A DNA stretch of 64,000 nucleotides from Actinomycetota bacterium (GTDB lineage Bacteria > Actinomycetota > UBA4738 > JACQTL01), in NCBI GenBank assembly GCA_036394995.1, contig DASWED010000062.1:21149-85148 (forward strand), written 5' to 3'. The translations under genes were made by a program, and so were the position numbers. Of this stretch, positions 19,519 to 28,258 are shown piece by piece. The notes beneath the pieces are model-generated. The model did no database searches. It was not told where the DNA came from and was given only the letters and a program-made list of their open reading frames with translations. Within the stretch, counting starts at the first letter, position 1. Each line of letters starts with the position of its first letter.

Positions 19519-19692
19519 CTAGCGCGAGCCTCCCTTGCGGCCGATCTGCTGGTAGAACTCCACGCCGTAACGGCGCTTCGTGGTGTCGCCGCCCTTCTTG
19601 CCCCCGATCTTCCCGATCTTGCCGAAGAACTCGGGGCCGTAGCGCTGTTTCGTGGTCAGCCCGCCCTTGCGGCCGGCCTCCGCCCTGGACAT
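19519..19692 (-). CDS. KGG-repeat general stress miniprotein (57 aa)
   Basis: 'GRKGGLTTKQRYGPEFFGKIGKIGGKKGGDTTKRRYGVEFYQQIGRKGG' shows KGG/stress-induced-protein repeats. It is the C-terminal tail of an artefactual 824-aa ORF. The real start is ATG 19692. Confidence 0.6.
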   Translation of the reverse strand: MSRAEAGRKGGLTTKQRYGPEFFGKIGKIGGKKGGDTTKRRYGVEFYQQIGRKGGSR

Positions 19693-19779
19693 CCGCTTGC
19701 CGTTGCCGTTCGATTCGGCCACTGGAAACGTCACCTCCGACACGGGTTCGCCTTCGGTCCCTCTCACCTTTCCCCGGTG

Positions 19780-19802
19780 CCTGTCAAGGCAACCTGTCAA
19801 GG
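19780..19802. repeat. Tandem direct repeat CCTGTCAAGG x2 (13-bp period) in pilT / KGG divergent promoter region
   Basis: Two exact 10-mers at 19780-19789 and 19793-19802. The reverse complement contains TTGACA twice. Confidence 0.4.
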
Positions 19803-19884
19803 TCCCGGAAATTCGCCGCCGGGGCCTCGGGCGAGGCCCCCGGGCTAAAGGAACCGGGCCGTTCGTGCCGACGCTAAGGGGGCG

Positions 19885-21030
19885 ATGGAGGCCTGGGAGC
19901 TCCTGCGGACGATGGTCGAGATGGGGGGGAGCGACCTCCACCTGAAGGTGGGGGCGGTTCCGTTCGTCCGCGTTGACGGGACCCTCACCCCGACCGAGTT
20001 CCCGGCCCTCGGCCCCCAGGACACCGAGCTGTTCGCGGCGGAGCTCCTGCCGCCCAGCAAGGCGTCGGAGTTCGGCGACACCAGCGAGGCCGACTTCGGC
20101 TACACGCTCCCCGGCGTGGGGCGGTTCCGGGTGAACTGCTTCCGGCAGCGGGGCGCCGTGGGCCTGGCCATCCGCCGGGTCCGCGCCGAGACGCCGACGT
20201 TCGAGGAGCTCATGCTGCCCCCGGTGGTCCGTTCGCTGGCCGAGGCCCCCCGGGGTCTGGTGCTGGTGACCGGGCCGACTGGGACCGGGAAGACCACCAC
20301 CATCGCCTCGTTCATCGGCCACATCAACATGACTCGCCGGGCCCACATCGTGACCGTGGAGGACCCCATCGAGGTCATCCACGAGGACTACCGTTCGATC
20401 ATCGACCAGCGCGAGGTGGGGGTGGACACCCAGTCGTACTCCGCCGCCCTGCGGCACGTGGTGCGCCAGGACCCCGACGTGATCTTCGTGGGGGAGATCC
20501 GGGACCAGGAGTCGGCCGAGGCCGCCATCCACGCCGCCGAGACCGGGCACCTGGTGATCTCGACCCTGCACACGATCGACGCCACCGAGACCGTGAACCG
20601 CCTGATCGACCTGTTCCCGCCGGGGCAGCAGCGCCAGGCCCGCGTGTCGCTGGCCTCGGGCCTCCGGGGAGTCCTGTCGCAGCGGCTCCTGCCCCGGGCC
20701 AACCACCGCGGGCGGGTCCCGGCGGTGGAGGTCCTGATCAACAACGGCCGGGTCCAGGAGCGGCTGCTGAAGCCGGAGAGCACGTTCGAGATCATCGACG
20801 TCATCGCCGAGGGCGAGTTCTACGGCATGCAGACGTTCGACCAGTCGCTGGTGAAGCTGGTCATGGAGGGGCTGGTCCGGGAGGAGGACGCGATGGAGGC
20901 GTCCTCGAACCCGCACGACTTCCAGCTGGCGATGAAGTCCGCCCGCCTCCGGGCCGACGTGGTCGCCGCGTCCCGCCCCACCGGCGACGGCCCCATCCCG
21001 ATCGGCGAGGTCCCCGGCGTGACCGTCTGA
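19885..21030 (+). CDS. pilT: Type IV pilus retraction ATPase PilT (twitching motility protein)
   Basis: Full-length alignment to PilT: 'GGSDLHL', Walker A 'GPTGTGKTTT', Asp box 'VTVEDPIE', Walker B 'VGEIRD', His box 'TLHT'. Confidence 0.85.
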   Translation: MEAWELLRTMVEMGGSDLHLKVGAVPFVRVDGTLTPTEFPALGPQDTELFAAELLPPSKASEFGDTSEADFGYTLPGVGRFRVNCFRQRGAVGLAIRRVRAETPTFEELMLPPVVRSLAEAPRGLVLVTGPTGTGKTTTIASFIGHINMTRRAHIVTVEDPIEVIHEDYRSIIDQREVGVDTQSYSAALRHVVRQDPDVIFVGEIRDQESAEAAIHAAETGHLVISTLHTIDATETVNRLIDLFPPGQQRQARVSLASGLRGVLSQRLLPRANHRGRVPAVEVLINNGRVQERLLKPESTFEIIDVIAEGEFYGMQTFDQSLVKLVMEGLVREEDAMEASSNPHDFQLAMKSARLRADVVAASRPTGDGPIPIGEVPGVTV

Positions 21031-21047
21031 CCGGTCTCGGCTCTCGG

Positions 21048-21956
21048 TCAGGGTTCGATCACGACGCAGCGCACCGGCGGGAAGCCGTCGTCCGTTCGTT
21101 CCCAGGTCGTGCCGGCGTCGCCGGAGCGGTACAGGGCGTCGTCGGGTGCCGCGAGGACGACGGTCGGGCCGTCGGAGGCGAGGCGGTGGGTGTCGAGGTT
21201 CGCGTCGAACCACTCCGGGAGGCCGTCCGTGCATCGTTCGAACGGGCCGTCCGAGTCCAGGGGGCGGCGGTAGATCGCGGCCTGCCGGGTCCGGGGCCCG
21301 GTGGAGGCGGTGAGGAGGACGTGGTCGCCGGCCACGGCGACGGCTCGGGCGTAGGAGGCGTGGAGGCCCGCGTCGTCGATGGTCCACGTCCGGCCGCCGT
21401 CCCGGCTCACCGCCAGGCCGTACGCGCAGGCGGCGAGGACCGTTCCGACGCGATCCGGGTGCGCGATCACCTGGTGGACGTCGGCGTCGACCTCGATGGT
21501 GGGCTGCCACGTCGCTCCGCCGTCCGCGGTGCGGGGGATCCCGCCGACGTGCACGTTCACGTACACGACGACGTCGGGTCCCGCCGCCATCGACCGGACG
21601 TCCGGTGGGCCGCCCCATGGCGTGGACCACGTGTCCCGCCCCGGCGTGGAGTCGAAGGAGGGCACCGGCGCCAGCTCCTCGCCGACGAGGCGGAACAGGC
21701 CGGCCTCCGTCGCACCCACCAGGACGCCGGCCGGTCCGTCCATCAGACAATGGATCCGGACGCCCTCGGGAGCGGTCGCCGGCGCCCGCTCCTCGCCGCC
21801 GGTCACGTGCCACAGCTCGGTTCCGTTCGCCACCGCCCACCACCCCCCACCGGCGGCCGGTGCCAGCGCGCCCACGTCGTGCCCCGCCAGGGCGACCGGG
21901 TCGCGGCCAGGGCCCGCCTCGAGCATTCCCGCGGCGGTTCCCAGGAGGATCCTCAC
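21048..21956 (-). CDS. BNR/Asp-box repeat protein (Ycf48/sialidase-like beta-propeller fragment)
   Basis: Asp-box motifs 'TADGGATW', 'SRDGGRTW', 'SGDAGTTW'. GTG at 21956 overlaps the stop of the upstream DUF4157-like gene (GTGA). An alternative ATG lies at 21926. Confidence 0.65.
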   Translation of the reverse strand: MRILLGTAAGMLEAGPGRDPVALAGHDVGALAPAAGGGWWAVANGTELWHVTGGEERAPATAPEGVRIHCLMDGPAGVLVGATEAGLFRLVGEELAPVPSFDSTPGRDTWSTPWGGPPDVRSMAAGPDVVVYVNVHVGGIPRTADGGATWQPTIEVDADVHQVIAHPDRVGTVLAACAYGLAVSRDGGRTWTIDDAGLHASYARAVAVAGDHVLLTASTGPRTRQAAIYRRPLDSDGPFERCTDGLPEWFDANLDTHRLASDGPTVVLAAPDDALYRSGDAGTTWERTDDGFPPVRCVVIEP

Positions 21957-22462
21957 GACGCCCGGACCTCCTGCGCCGCAAGGGTCTCCGCACCCTGAGC
22001 GGCGCGAGCGGCCGCGAGCTCGAACGGGTGCCGTCGGTAGCCGTACCGGAGGAACATCGCGCCGTAGACGGGGAGGAACAGCGGGCCCCACCGGCGGTAC
22101 TGCCGGACGTGCTCCAGCTCGTGGGCCAGGAGCTCGCCCTCGATCCGGACCGTGCCGATGAGGACGTGCCCGAACGTCTGGGCGGAGTAGCCGAACAGCG
22201 GGATCAGGCGGGCGTAGCCCCGTGCGGGACCGTCGAACACCAGGACCCTCCGGGCCTCGTGGGGTGACACGTCGAGGAGCCGGGGTCGCCGGAACGACAG
22301 CGCGCCGAACACCAGCCCGATCGCCGAGTTCGGCAGCGACCACAGGAATCCCGGCGCGGCGTCCACGACGGGGAACGCTATCGCGTCGGCAGGTCGAGGG
22401 TCTCCCGCGGCACCGCGCGAGCGACTGGCGAGCCGGGTGGGGCGGATATCCTGCCGGGTCAT
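21953..22462 (-). CDS. DUF4157-like zincin domain protein (HExxH)
   Basis: 'FGHVLIGTVRIEGELLAHELEHVRQY' matches the DUF4157 C-terminal signature (..AfTvG..i.f....LLAHELtHVvQq). Small, 169 aa. The start overlaps the grpB start region. Confidence 0.6.
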   Translation of the reverse strand: MTRQDIRPTRLASRSRGAAGDPRPADAIAFPVVDAAPGFLWSLPNSAIGLVFGALSFRRPRLLDVSPHEARRVLVFDGPARGYARLIPLFGYSAQTFGHVLIGTVRIEGELLAHELEHVRQYRRWGPLFLPVYGAMFLRYGYRRHPFELAAARAAQGAETLAAQEVRAS

Positions 22463-23039
22463 GGGCGAGTCCCCTCAGGCCCGGGAGGAGGAGATCCGGG
22501 CGGCGACGGTTGGGGAGCTCCGCGTGCACGGGGGCCCGATCGAGCTCGTGGACCACGACCCCGCCTGGCCCGAACGGTTCGCGGACGAGGCCCGCCGGAT
22601 CGCGGCCGCGCTCGGCGAGCGTGCGCTCGGGATCGAGCACGTGGGCTCGACGTCGGTGCCCGGGCTCGCGGCCAAGCCGATCATCGACATCCTGCTGGTC
22701 GTCGCGGACTCGGCCGACGAGGAGAGCTACGTCCCCCCACTGGAGGCCGCGGGCTACGTGCTCCGGATTCGCGAGCCGGACTGGTACGAGCACCGCATGT
22801 TCAAGACGCCGCGAGCGGACGTCCAGATCCACGTGTTCTCGGAGGGGTGCCCGGAGATCGAACGCATGGTGGCCTTCCGGGACCGGCTGCGGACCAGCCC
22901 GGAGGACCACGACCTGTACGGCAGGACGAAGCGCGAGCTGGCCAGGCGGCGGTGGAAGTACGTCCAGAACTACGCGGACGCGAAGGGAGAGGTGATCCGG
23001 GAGATCCTCGCCCGCGATGGTCCTCCCGCGGAGGAGTGA
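22461..23039 (+). CDS. grpB: GrpB/UPF0157 family protein (nucleotidyltransferase-like)
   Basis: 'ELVDHDPAWPERFADEARRI', 'IEHVGSTSVPGLAAKPIIDIL', 'HVF' GrpB motifs. ATG at 22461, or GTG at 22437. Confidence 0.75.
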   Translation: MGESPQAREEEIRAATVGELRVHGGPIELVDHDPAWPERFADEARRIAAALGERALGIEHVGSTSVPGLAAKPIIDILLVVADSADEESYVPPLEAAGYVLRIREPDWYEHRMFKTPRADVQIHVFSEGCPEIERMVAFRDRLRTSPEDHDLYGRTKRELARRRWKYVQNYADAKGEVIREILARDGPPAEE

Positions 23040-23092
23040 ATCGAGGGTCCCGCCCCCGGGCACTACGCGGAGCCCGGCCGAGGCTGTTGCCG

Positions 23093-23125
23093 CCCGCCCA
23101 GCGGGGCGGGACCGACTCGACGATC
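23093..23125 (+). terminator. GC hairpin (CCCGCCC-agcg-GGGCGGG) followed by ...TCTTT; possible grpB terminator
   Basis: 7-bp G/C stem with a 4-nt loop, 55 nt after the grpB stop. The T tract is weak. Confidence 0.25.
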
Positions 23126-23260
23126 TTTGCGGCCCGCGCCCGCCGTTCGCGACCGGCTCGCCCGGACCTCCTCCCGTTCCATCGACACTCCACGCTGCGA
23201 GTTGAGCCGATCGCGGCGTTCGCCGGTGCGGCGGAGTGCCGGGGGTACCATGGCCGGGTC

Positions 23261-24724
23261 ATGGCCGAGCCCCCCACCTCCGACCGGCCGACCGGCGCTG
23301 CCCTCGTCGAGATCGACCCCCTGGCCCGCGAGCTCGGGGATCGGTTCCGCAGGGCCGGCTTCGAGCTGTACCTGGTGGGGGGCGTGGTCAGGGACTCGCT
23401 GCTCGGCCGGCTCGACCCGGACTCCGAGCTGGACATGGCCACCTCCGCGCGGCCCGACGAGACGCTCCGGGTGCTGAAGGGGTGGGCCGACCGGCGGTAC
23501 CTCCAGGGCGTGCGGTTCGGGACGGTCGGTGCGCTCAAGGGCGACCGGAAGTTCGAGATCACGACGTTCCGGGAGGAGATGTACCCGGAGGCCGAACGGA
23601 AGCCCGCGGTGACGTTCGCCCGGGACATCGACACCGACCTGTCGCGGCGAGACTTCACGATCAACGCGATGGCGGTCCGCCTGCCGGAGGGCGAGTTCCG
23701 GGACCCGTTCGGCGGCCTCCGGGACCTCGCGGCGAAGCACCTGGACACCCCGCTGGAGCCGGAGATCGCGTTCTCCGACGATCCACTCCGGATGCTCCGG
23801 GCCGCCCGGTTCGTGTCGCAGCTCGGCGTGACGCCGTCGGTGCGGGTGGTGTCCGCGATCGAACGGATGCGGTCGCGGCTGGCCATCGTGTCGCGCGAGC
23901 GGATCCAGGACGAGCTGAACAAGCTGCTGCTGGGATCGGAGCCCGGGCGGGCCCTCCAGCTGCTGGTCGACACGAAGCTGGCCGAGGAGTTCCTGCCGGA
24001 GCTCCCGGCCCTCGAGCTGGAACAGGACCCCGTCCACAAGCACAAGGACGTCCTCCGGCACACGTTCGCGGTGGTCGAGAACTGCGAGCCGGACCTGGTG
24101 CTCCGCCTGGCCGCGCTCTTCCACGACGTCGGGAAGCCGAAGACGCGGGAGTTCACGGCCGAGGGTGTCCAGTTCCATCACCACGAGGTCGTGGGGGCCC
24201 GCATGGCCGAGGTCCGCCTGCGCGAGCTGCGCTACCCCACCTCGGTGATCGAACAGGTCCGCCGGCTGATCGAGCTGCACCTGCGGTTCCACGGCTACGG
24301 CGAGGGATGGAGCGACGCCGCGGTCCGGCGGTACGTCCGCGACGCCGGCCCCCAGCTCGACCGGCTCAACCAGCTGACCCGGGCCGACGTCACCACCGGG
24401 AACCTGTTCAAGGCCAAGCAGTTCCGGGCGCTGCAGGACGACCTCGAGGAGCGCATCGCCCGGCTGGCGGAACAGGAGAACCTCGACGCGATGCGGCCGC
24501 CCCTGGACGGGAACGAGGTCATGGAGCACCTCGGGGTGCCGCCGGGACCGGTGGTGGGCGAGGCCCTCGCGTTCCTCATGGAGCTCCGGCTGGAGCAGGG
24601 GCTGATCGACCGCGAGGAGGCCGTCCGCCTGCTCGACGAATGGGCGGCGGAGCGGGGCGTTGCCTCCACCGCAGGGGCGCCGTCCGGCCATCCTGCCCCG
24701 AGCGAGCCCCCGGCCGAGCGGTAG
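23261..24724 (+). CDS. cca: CCA tRNA nucleotidyltransferase / poly(A) polymerase with HD domain (PcnA-like)
   Basis: PolyA_pol head 'ELYLVGGVVRDSLLG', 'RRDFTINAMAV'. HD domain 'AALFHDVGKP'. ATG at 23261. Confidence 0.85.
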   Translation: MAEPPTSDRPTGAALVEIDPLARELGDRFRRAGFELYLVGGVVRDSLLGRLDPDSELDMATSARPDETLRVLKGWADRRYLQGVRFGTVGALKGDRKFEITTFREEMYPEAERKPAVTFARDIDTDLSRRDFTINAMAVRLPEGEFRDPFGGLRDLAAKHLDTPLEPEIAFSDDPLRMLRAARFVSQLGVTPSVRVVSAIERMRSRLAIVSRERIQDELNKLLLGSEPGRALQLLVDTKLAEEFLPELPALELEQDPVHKHKDVLRHTFAVVENCEPDLVLRLAALFHDVGKPKTREFTAEGVQFHHHEVVGARMAEVRLRELRYPTSVIEQVRRLIELHLRFHGYGEGWSDAAVRRYVRDAGPQLDRLNQLTRADVTTGNLFKAKQFRALQDDLEERIARLAEQENLDAMRPPLDGNEVMEHLGVPPGPVVGEALAFLMELRLEQGLIDREEAVRLLDEWAAERGVASTAGAPSGHPAPSEPPAER

Positions 24725-24741
24725 CCTCGTACCCGAGCCGC

Positions 24742-26028
24742 ATGGAGACTCCCCGCACCGACATCGAGCCGTCGCGCGCGCCCGGTGGCCCGGCGCCGGC
24801 CTCCCCGAACGGAGGGGCCGGGTCCTCGGGGCTGTTCGCGAACCGGAATTTCCGGCTGTTCTTCTTCGGCCAGGTCGTGTCGAACACCGGCACGTGGCTC
24901 CAGAACGTGGCCCAGGGCGTGCTGGTCCTCGAGCTGACGGGCCGTTCGTTCATGGTCGGGGTGACGAACGCCGCGCTGTTCGTCCCGGTGCTGGCGCTGG
25001 CGCTGTTCGGCGGGCGGCTGGCCGACAGGTTCGACCGGCGGCGCCTGCTGATCTCGACGCAGGTCCTGGCGCTGGCGGCGACCGGGGTGCTGGCCGTGCT
25101 CGCGGGGTCGGGGAACGCCACGGTCGCGGCGGTGATGGTCGTGGCCGTGCTGGTCGGGGTGCAGTACGCGGTCTCGATCCCGGCCATGGGCGCGCTGCTG
25201 CCGGCGCTGGTCCGGCGTGAGCACCTTGGCCAGGCCATCGGGATGAACTCCGTGACGTACAACCTGGCCCGGGTGGTGGGCCCGGTGATCGCCACCGCGA
25301 CCATCGCGGGGCTGGGGTTCGGGTGGGCGTTCGGGATCAACAGCCTGTCGTTCCTGGCGCTGATCGCGGCGCTCTTGCTGCTGCGGCTGGAGCGGGCCCC
25401 GCGCGTGGAATCGGGAGGTTCGATCCGCGAGGTGCTGGCGATGGCGTGGGGGAACCCCCGCCTGCGGATGATGCTCTTCGGTGTGGCCGCGGTGTCGATC
25501 GCGTCGGATCCGGTGATCACCCTGGGGCCGACGTTCGCCCAGGACGTGTTCGGGCGGGCCGACCACGACGCCGGGCTGCTGGTGGCGGCGTTCGGGATCG
25601 GCTCGATCCTGGCGGCGTTCCTGCTGGCCCGGACGTTCCGGGCGCCCCCCGATACCCGGCTGCGGATGCTCCCGTGGACGATGCTGCTGATGGCCGGCGG
25701 CCTGGCCGGGTTTGCGTTCACGCCGTCGTTCTGGCCGGCGCTGGGGGTGCTGCTGGTGGGAGGCCTCGGCTACCTGGCCTCCAGCACGGCGTGGACCACC
25801 GCGCTCCAGGAAGAGGTCGAGGACCGAATGCGCGGCCGGATCATGGGCCTGTGGACCATCGCGTTCCTGGGCACCAGACCCATCGCCGCGCTGGTCGACG
25901 GGGCGGTGGCGGATGCAACGAACCCGAAGATCGCGGTGCTCGTGGTGCTGCTCCCGCTGGTGCTGGTCACGGTGTTCGGCGTACGGACGCTCAGCCGGAC
26001 GGAGCGAGCCGAGCCGGCTCCGGCGTAG
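24742..26028 (+). CDS. MFS transporter (EntS/transmembrane-secretion-effector-like exporter)
   Basis: 12 predicted TM segments. 'GGRLADRFDRRRLL' MFS loop motif. Confidence 0.8.
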   Translation: METPRTDIEPSRAPGGPAPASPNGGAGSSGLFANRNFRLFFFGQVVSNTGTWLQNVAQGVLVLELTGRSFMVGVTNAALFVPVLALALFGGRLADRFDRRRLLISTQVLALAATGVLAVLAGSGNATVAAVMVVAVLVGVQYAVSIPAMGALLPALVRREHLGQAIGMNSVTYNLARVVGPVIATATIAGLGFGWAFGINSLSFLALIAALLLLRLERAPRVESGGSIREVLAMAWGNPRLRMMLFGVAAVSIASDPVITLGPTFAQDVFGRADHDAGLLVAAFGIGSILAAFLLARTFRAPPDTRLRMLPWTMLLMAGGLAGFAFTPSFWPALGVLLVGGLGYLASSTAWTTALQEEVEDRMRGRIMGLWTIAFLGTRPIAALVDGAVADATNPKIAVLVVLLPLVLVTVFGVRTLSRTERAEPAPA

Positions 26029-26033
26029 GCCGG

Positions 26034-27719
26034 CTACTCGGCGGCCGGCTCGAACTCCAGCGAGTCCACGGCCGCCCAGACCTGGTCGCGGACCTCGGGG
26101 GAGACGTCCGGCCCCATGGCCACGTACAGGTAGAAGGCCCGCCCGGCGTCGGCGAACGGTATCCACCACTGCGTGTACCGCTTCTCCGGGTCGGAAAGGC
26201 AATACCGGGCCTCCACCTCCTGGTTCGGCTTCTCCGTGGCGAACGTCTCCGGCCGCGGCTCGAATCCCCGCTCGAACGCCTTGCCAGGAGAGTCCTCGGC
26301 GAGCCAGATCAGGGCGTCCTGCGGGAACAGGTCCTCGATGGCGTTCTCGGGCACGTGCGCGCAATTCGTGCCGCCGGGCCGCAGCACGTACGTCCCGAGC
26401 GCCAGGATCTCCGCCGGGGACGTCAGGATCGGGGTCAGCTTCTCGTCGGCCAAATACCACCCCGCCGGATATGTGATCGTGTAGCCGTCGTCGGGATCGG
26501 AGTACTCGACCAACCCCAGGGCGGACGAAGTCGGCACGTTGAGGTGTGACACCAGGTACTCGGTTGCGTCACGCGTGGCTGCGTCGGCCTCGGGCCCCAC
26601 CCAGTATTCGATCCCGTAGATCGCGGCATCCGCTGGTCCCTGACCGGTGAGGCGATGGAGAGGCGAGCCGAGGATCTCGCCGACGACTTCGAAAGCCCCA
26701 GGCACGATGTCCGGGGGCAGCTGGGATGGCGGAGAGCATGAGATGCACGGCGGTCGATACGTGAGCGAGACATAGACGAACGCATCTGTTGGGCTCAGGT
26801 TCCCCTCGCGGAAGCCCCGGATCGAACAGTGGCTGTCACCTTGCCCGCATCCTTCAACCAGCTGCGCCACGGCATCTGCGTTCGTCGAAGCGCCCAGACC
26901 GAGGCCGAAGTGGAGTTGAAGTGGGACGGTCGTGGAGGCCCAGCCGTCGGGAACGGGCACAGGCGCGTCCGCGTACCAGACGTCGACCGGGTGAGCCTCG
27001 TTGGGGTCGAACGCCAATGGTTCGCTTCCGGTAGTGAAACGGAGATTCGCCACGACGTACTCCGCAGCGTCGCGAGACGCTTGCGTGGCGTCTGGTCCCA
27101 CCCAGTACCGAACCTCGACGGACCCGGATCTTGCGTTGATGGTGCGCACAGCTTGCAGCACGGGCTCTCCGTCGATGCTCCCCACCTGGTCGAAGTCGTC
27201 GGGCCTCAGCTGATCCGGGAATGCCATGTCGCAGTACCCGGGAGTGCAGCCGTTCGTGAGCACCGCAACCTGAACGAATGCGTCACCTGTCTCGACGTCA
27301 CCAGCCTCGATGTGACGGGTCGAGCACGAGCTGTCGGCCAGGCCGCAGCCACTGATGGCCGCCTCGACTGCGTCACGGCTGGTCGAGAGTGCCATGTCTT
27401 CGATGCCTGGCCATACGCCAGACTGGACGAACCACCCCTCGGGCACGGGCACGGGACGGCCCGTCGGCAGTTGGACGTAGCGGACTCCACCGGGATCGAA
27501 CGTGTCGGCGGGCTGGGGTCCCGGGTCGAGGCCTCCGAGCTGAGTGACGGCCCAGGTTGTACCGGTGCCGACAAGGGCCACCGCAGCTGCCAGCGCGATG
27601 ATTCGGCGTGTCCCGCGCCGTCGGCCGCCCCTGATCGCCGCGTCCGCCGGGGGAAGCTCGACCGGGATCGACTCGGCCGCGGCCACGAGGCGGCGTTCGA
27701 TGTCGGTGTCGGATCTCAT
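26034..27719 (-). CDS. Membrane protein with three tandem ~150-aa extracytoplasmic repeats; putative anti-sigma/sensor partner of the upstream ECF sigma
   Basis: ATG at 27719 overlaps the sigma stop (ATGA). Short cytoplasmic N-terminus, TM 'IIALAAAVALVGTGTTWAV', then three repeats. Each repeat has 'PVPVP(E/D)GW', paired Cys, and 'YWVGP(D/E)A..A.RDA.EY.V..L'. Confidence 0.65.
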   Translation of the reverse strand: MRSDTDIERRLVAAAESIPVELPPADAAIRGGRRRGTRRIIALAAAVALVGTGTTWAVTQLGGLDPGPQPADTFDPGGVRYVQLPTGRPVPVPEGWFVQSGVWPGIEDMALSTSRDAVEAAISGCGLADSSCSTRHIEAGDVETGDAFVQVAVLTNGCTPGYCDMAFPDQLRPDDFDQVGSIDGEPVLQAVRTINARSGSVEVRYWVGPDATQASRDAAEYVVANLRFTTGSEPLAFDPNEAHPVDVWYADAPVPVPDGWASTTVPLQLHFGLGLGASTNADAVAQLVEGCGQGDSHCSIRGFREGNLSPTDAFVYVSLTYRPPCISCSPPSQLPPDIVPGAFEVVGEILGSPLHRLTGQGPADAAIYGIEYWVGPEADAATRDATEYLVSHLNVPTSSALGLVEYSDPDDGYTITYPAGWYLADEKLTPILTSPAEILALGTYVLRPGGTNCAHVPENAIEDLFPQDALIWLAEDSPGKAFERGFEPRPETFATEKPNQEVEARYCLSDPEKRYTQWWIPFADAGRAFYLYVAMGPDVSPEVRDQVWAAVDSLEFEPAAE

Positions 27720-28207
27720 TGGGTGGTGGGCTCCTGGGTCTTCGTGAGCGATCGGCGGAGGTTCGCAAGGCCCTGTGACGTGAGGGCCTTGATCGTTCCG
27801 GGTCGCTTGCCGAGGGCTCGCGCGGTCTCCTCGATCGAGAGGTCGGCCCAGTGGCGCAGGACCACGGCGGCGCGCTGGGCCGGCGGGAGGGCTCGAAGTG
27901 CTGCCATGAGTTCCTGGTCGGGAACCTCGGGCTCGGGAGCGTCGCCGGGGGGCTGCGGTGCGCGTTGGTGCAGGCGCTGGCGGCGGCGCCAGGAGATCGC
28001 GAGGTTCGCGGCGACCCGCTGGACCCATGCGCCGGGACGCTCGGCGCGCGAGACCGTGCGCCACCGCTCGTACGCCCTGGCGAACGCCTCCTGGGTCACG
28101 TCGGCCGCCTCCTGCCGGTCGCCGGTGATGAGGAACGACGCACGGAACACACGGGCGTACTCCTCCCGCCACAACCCCTCGAACGCGGCACGTCGCTCGT
28201 CCCTCAC
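27716..28207 (-). CDS. ECF RNA polymerase sigma factor
   Basis: Region 2 'EEYARVFRASFLITGDRQEAADVTQEAFARAYERW' and region 4 'SIEETARALGKRPGTIKALTSQGLANLR'. Confidence 0.8.
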   Translation of the reverse strand: MRDERRAAFEGLWREEYARVFRASFLITGDRQEAADVTQEAFARAYERWRTVSRAERPGAWVQRVAANLAISWRRRQRLHQRAPQPPGDAPEPEVPDQELMAALRALPPAQRAAVVLRHWADLSIEETARALGKRPGTIKALTSQGLANLRRSLTKTQEPTTQ

Positions 28208-28258
28208 ACCCTCATCGTGGACGACGCTGGAGCTGCCCGGAAGGTTTAGCTCCGCGGA

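Noticed and set aside
19519-21993. 824-aa minus-strand ORF overlapping pilT
   Set aside because: Only the last 57 codons (KGG stress peptide, ATG 19692) look genuine. The rest is antisense to PilT with no motifs.
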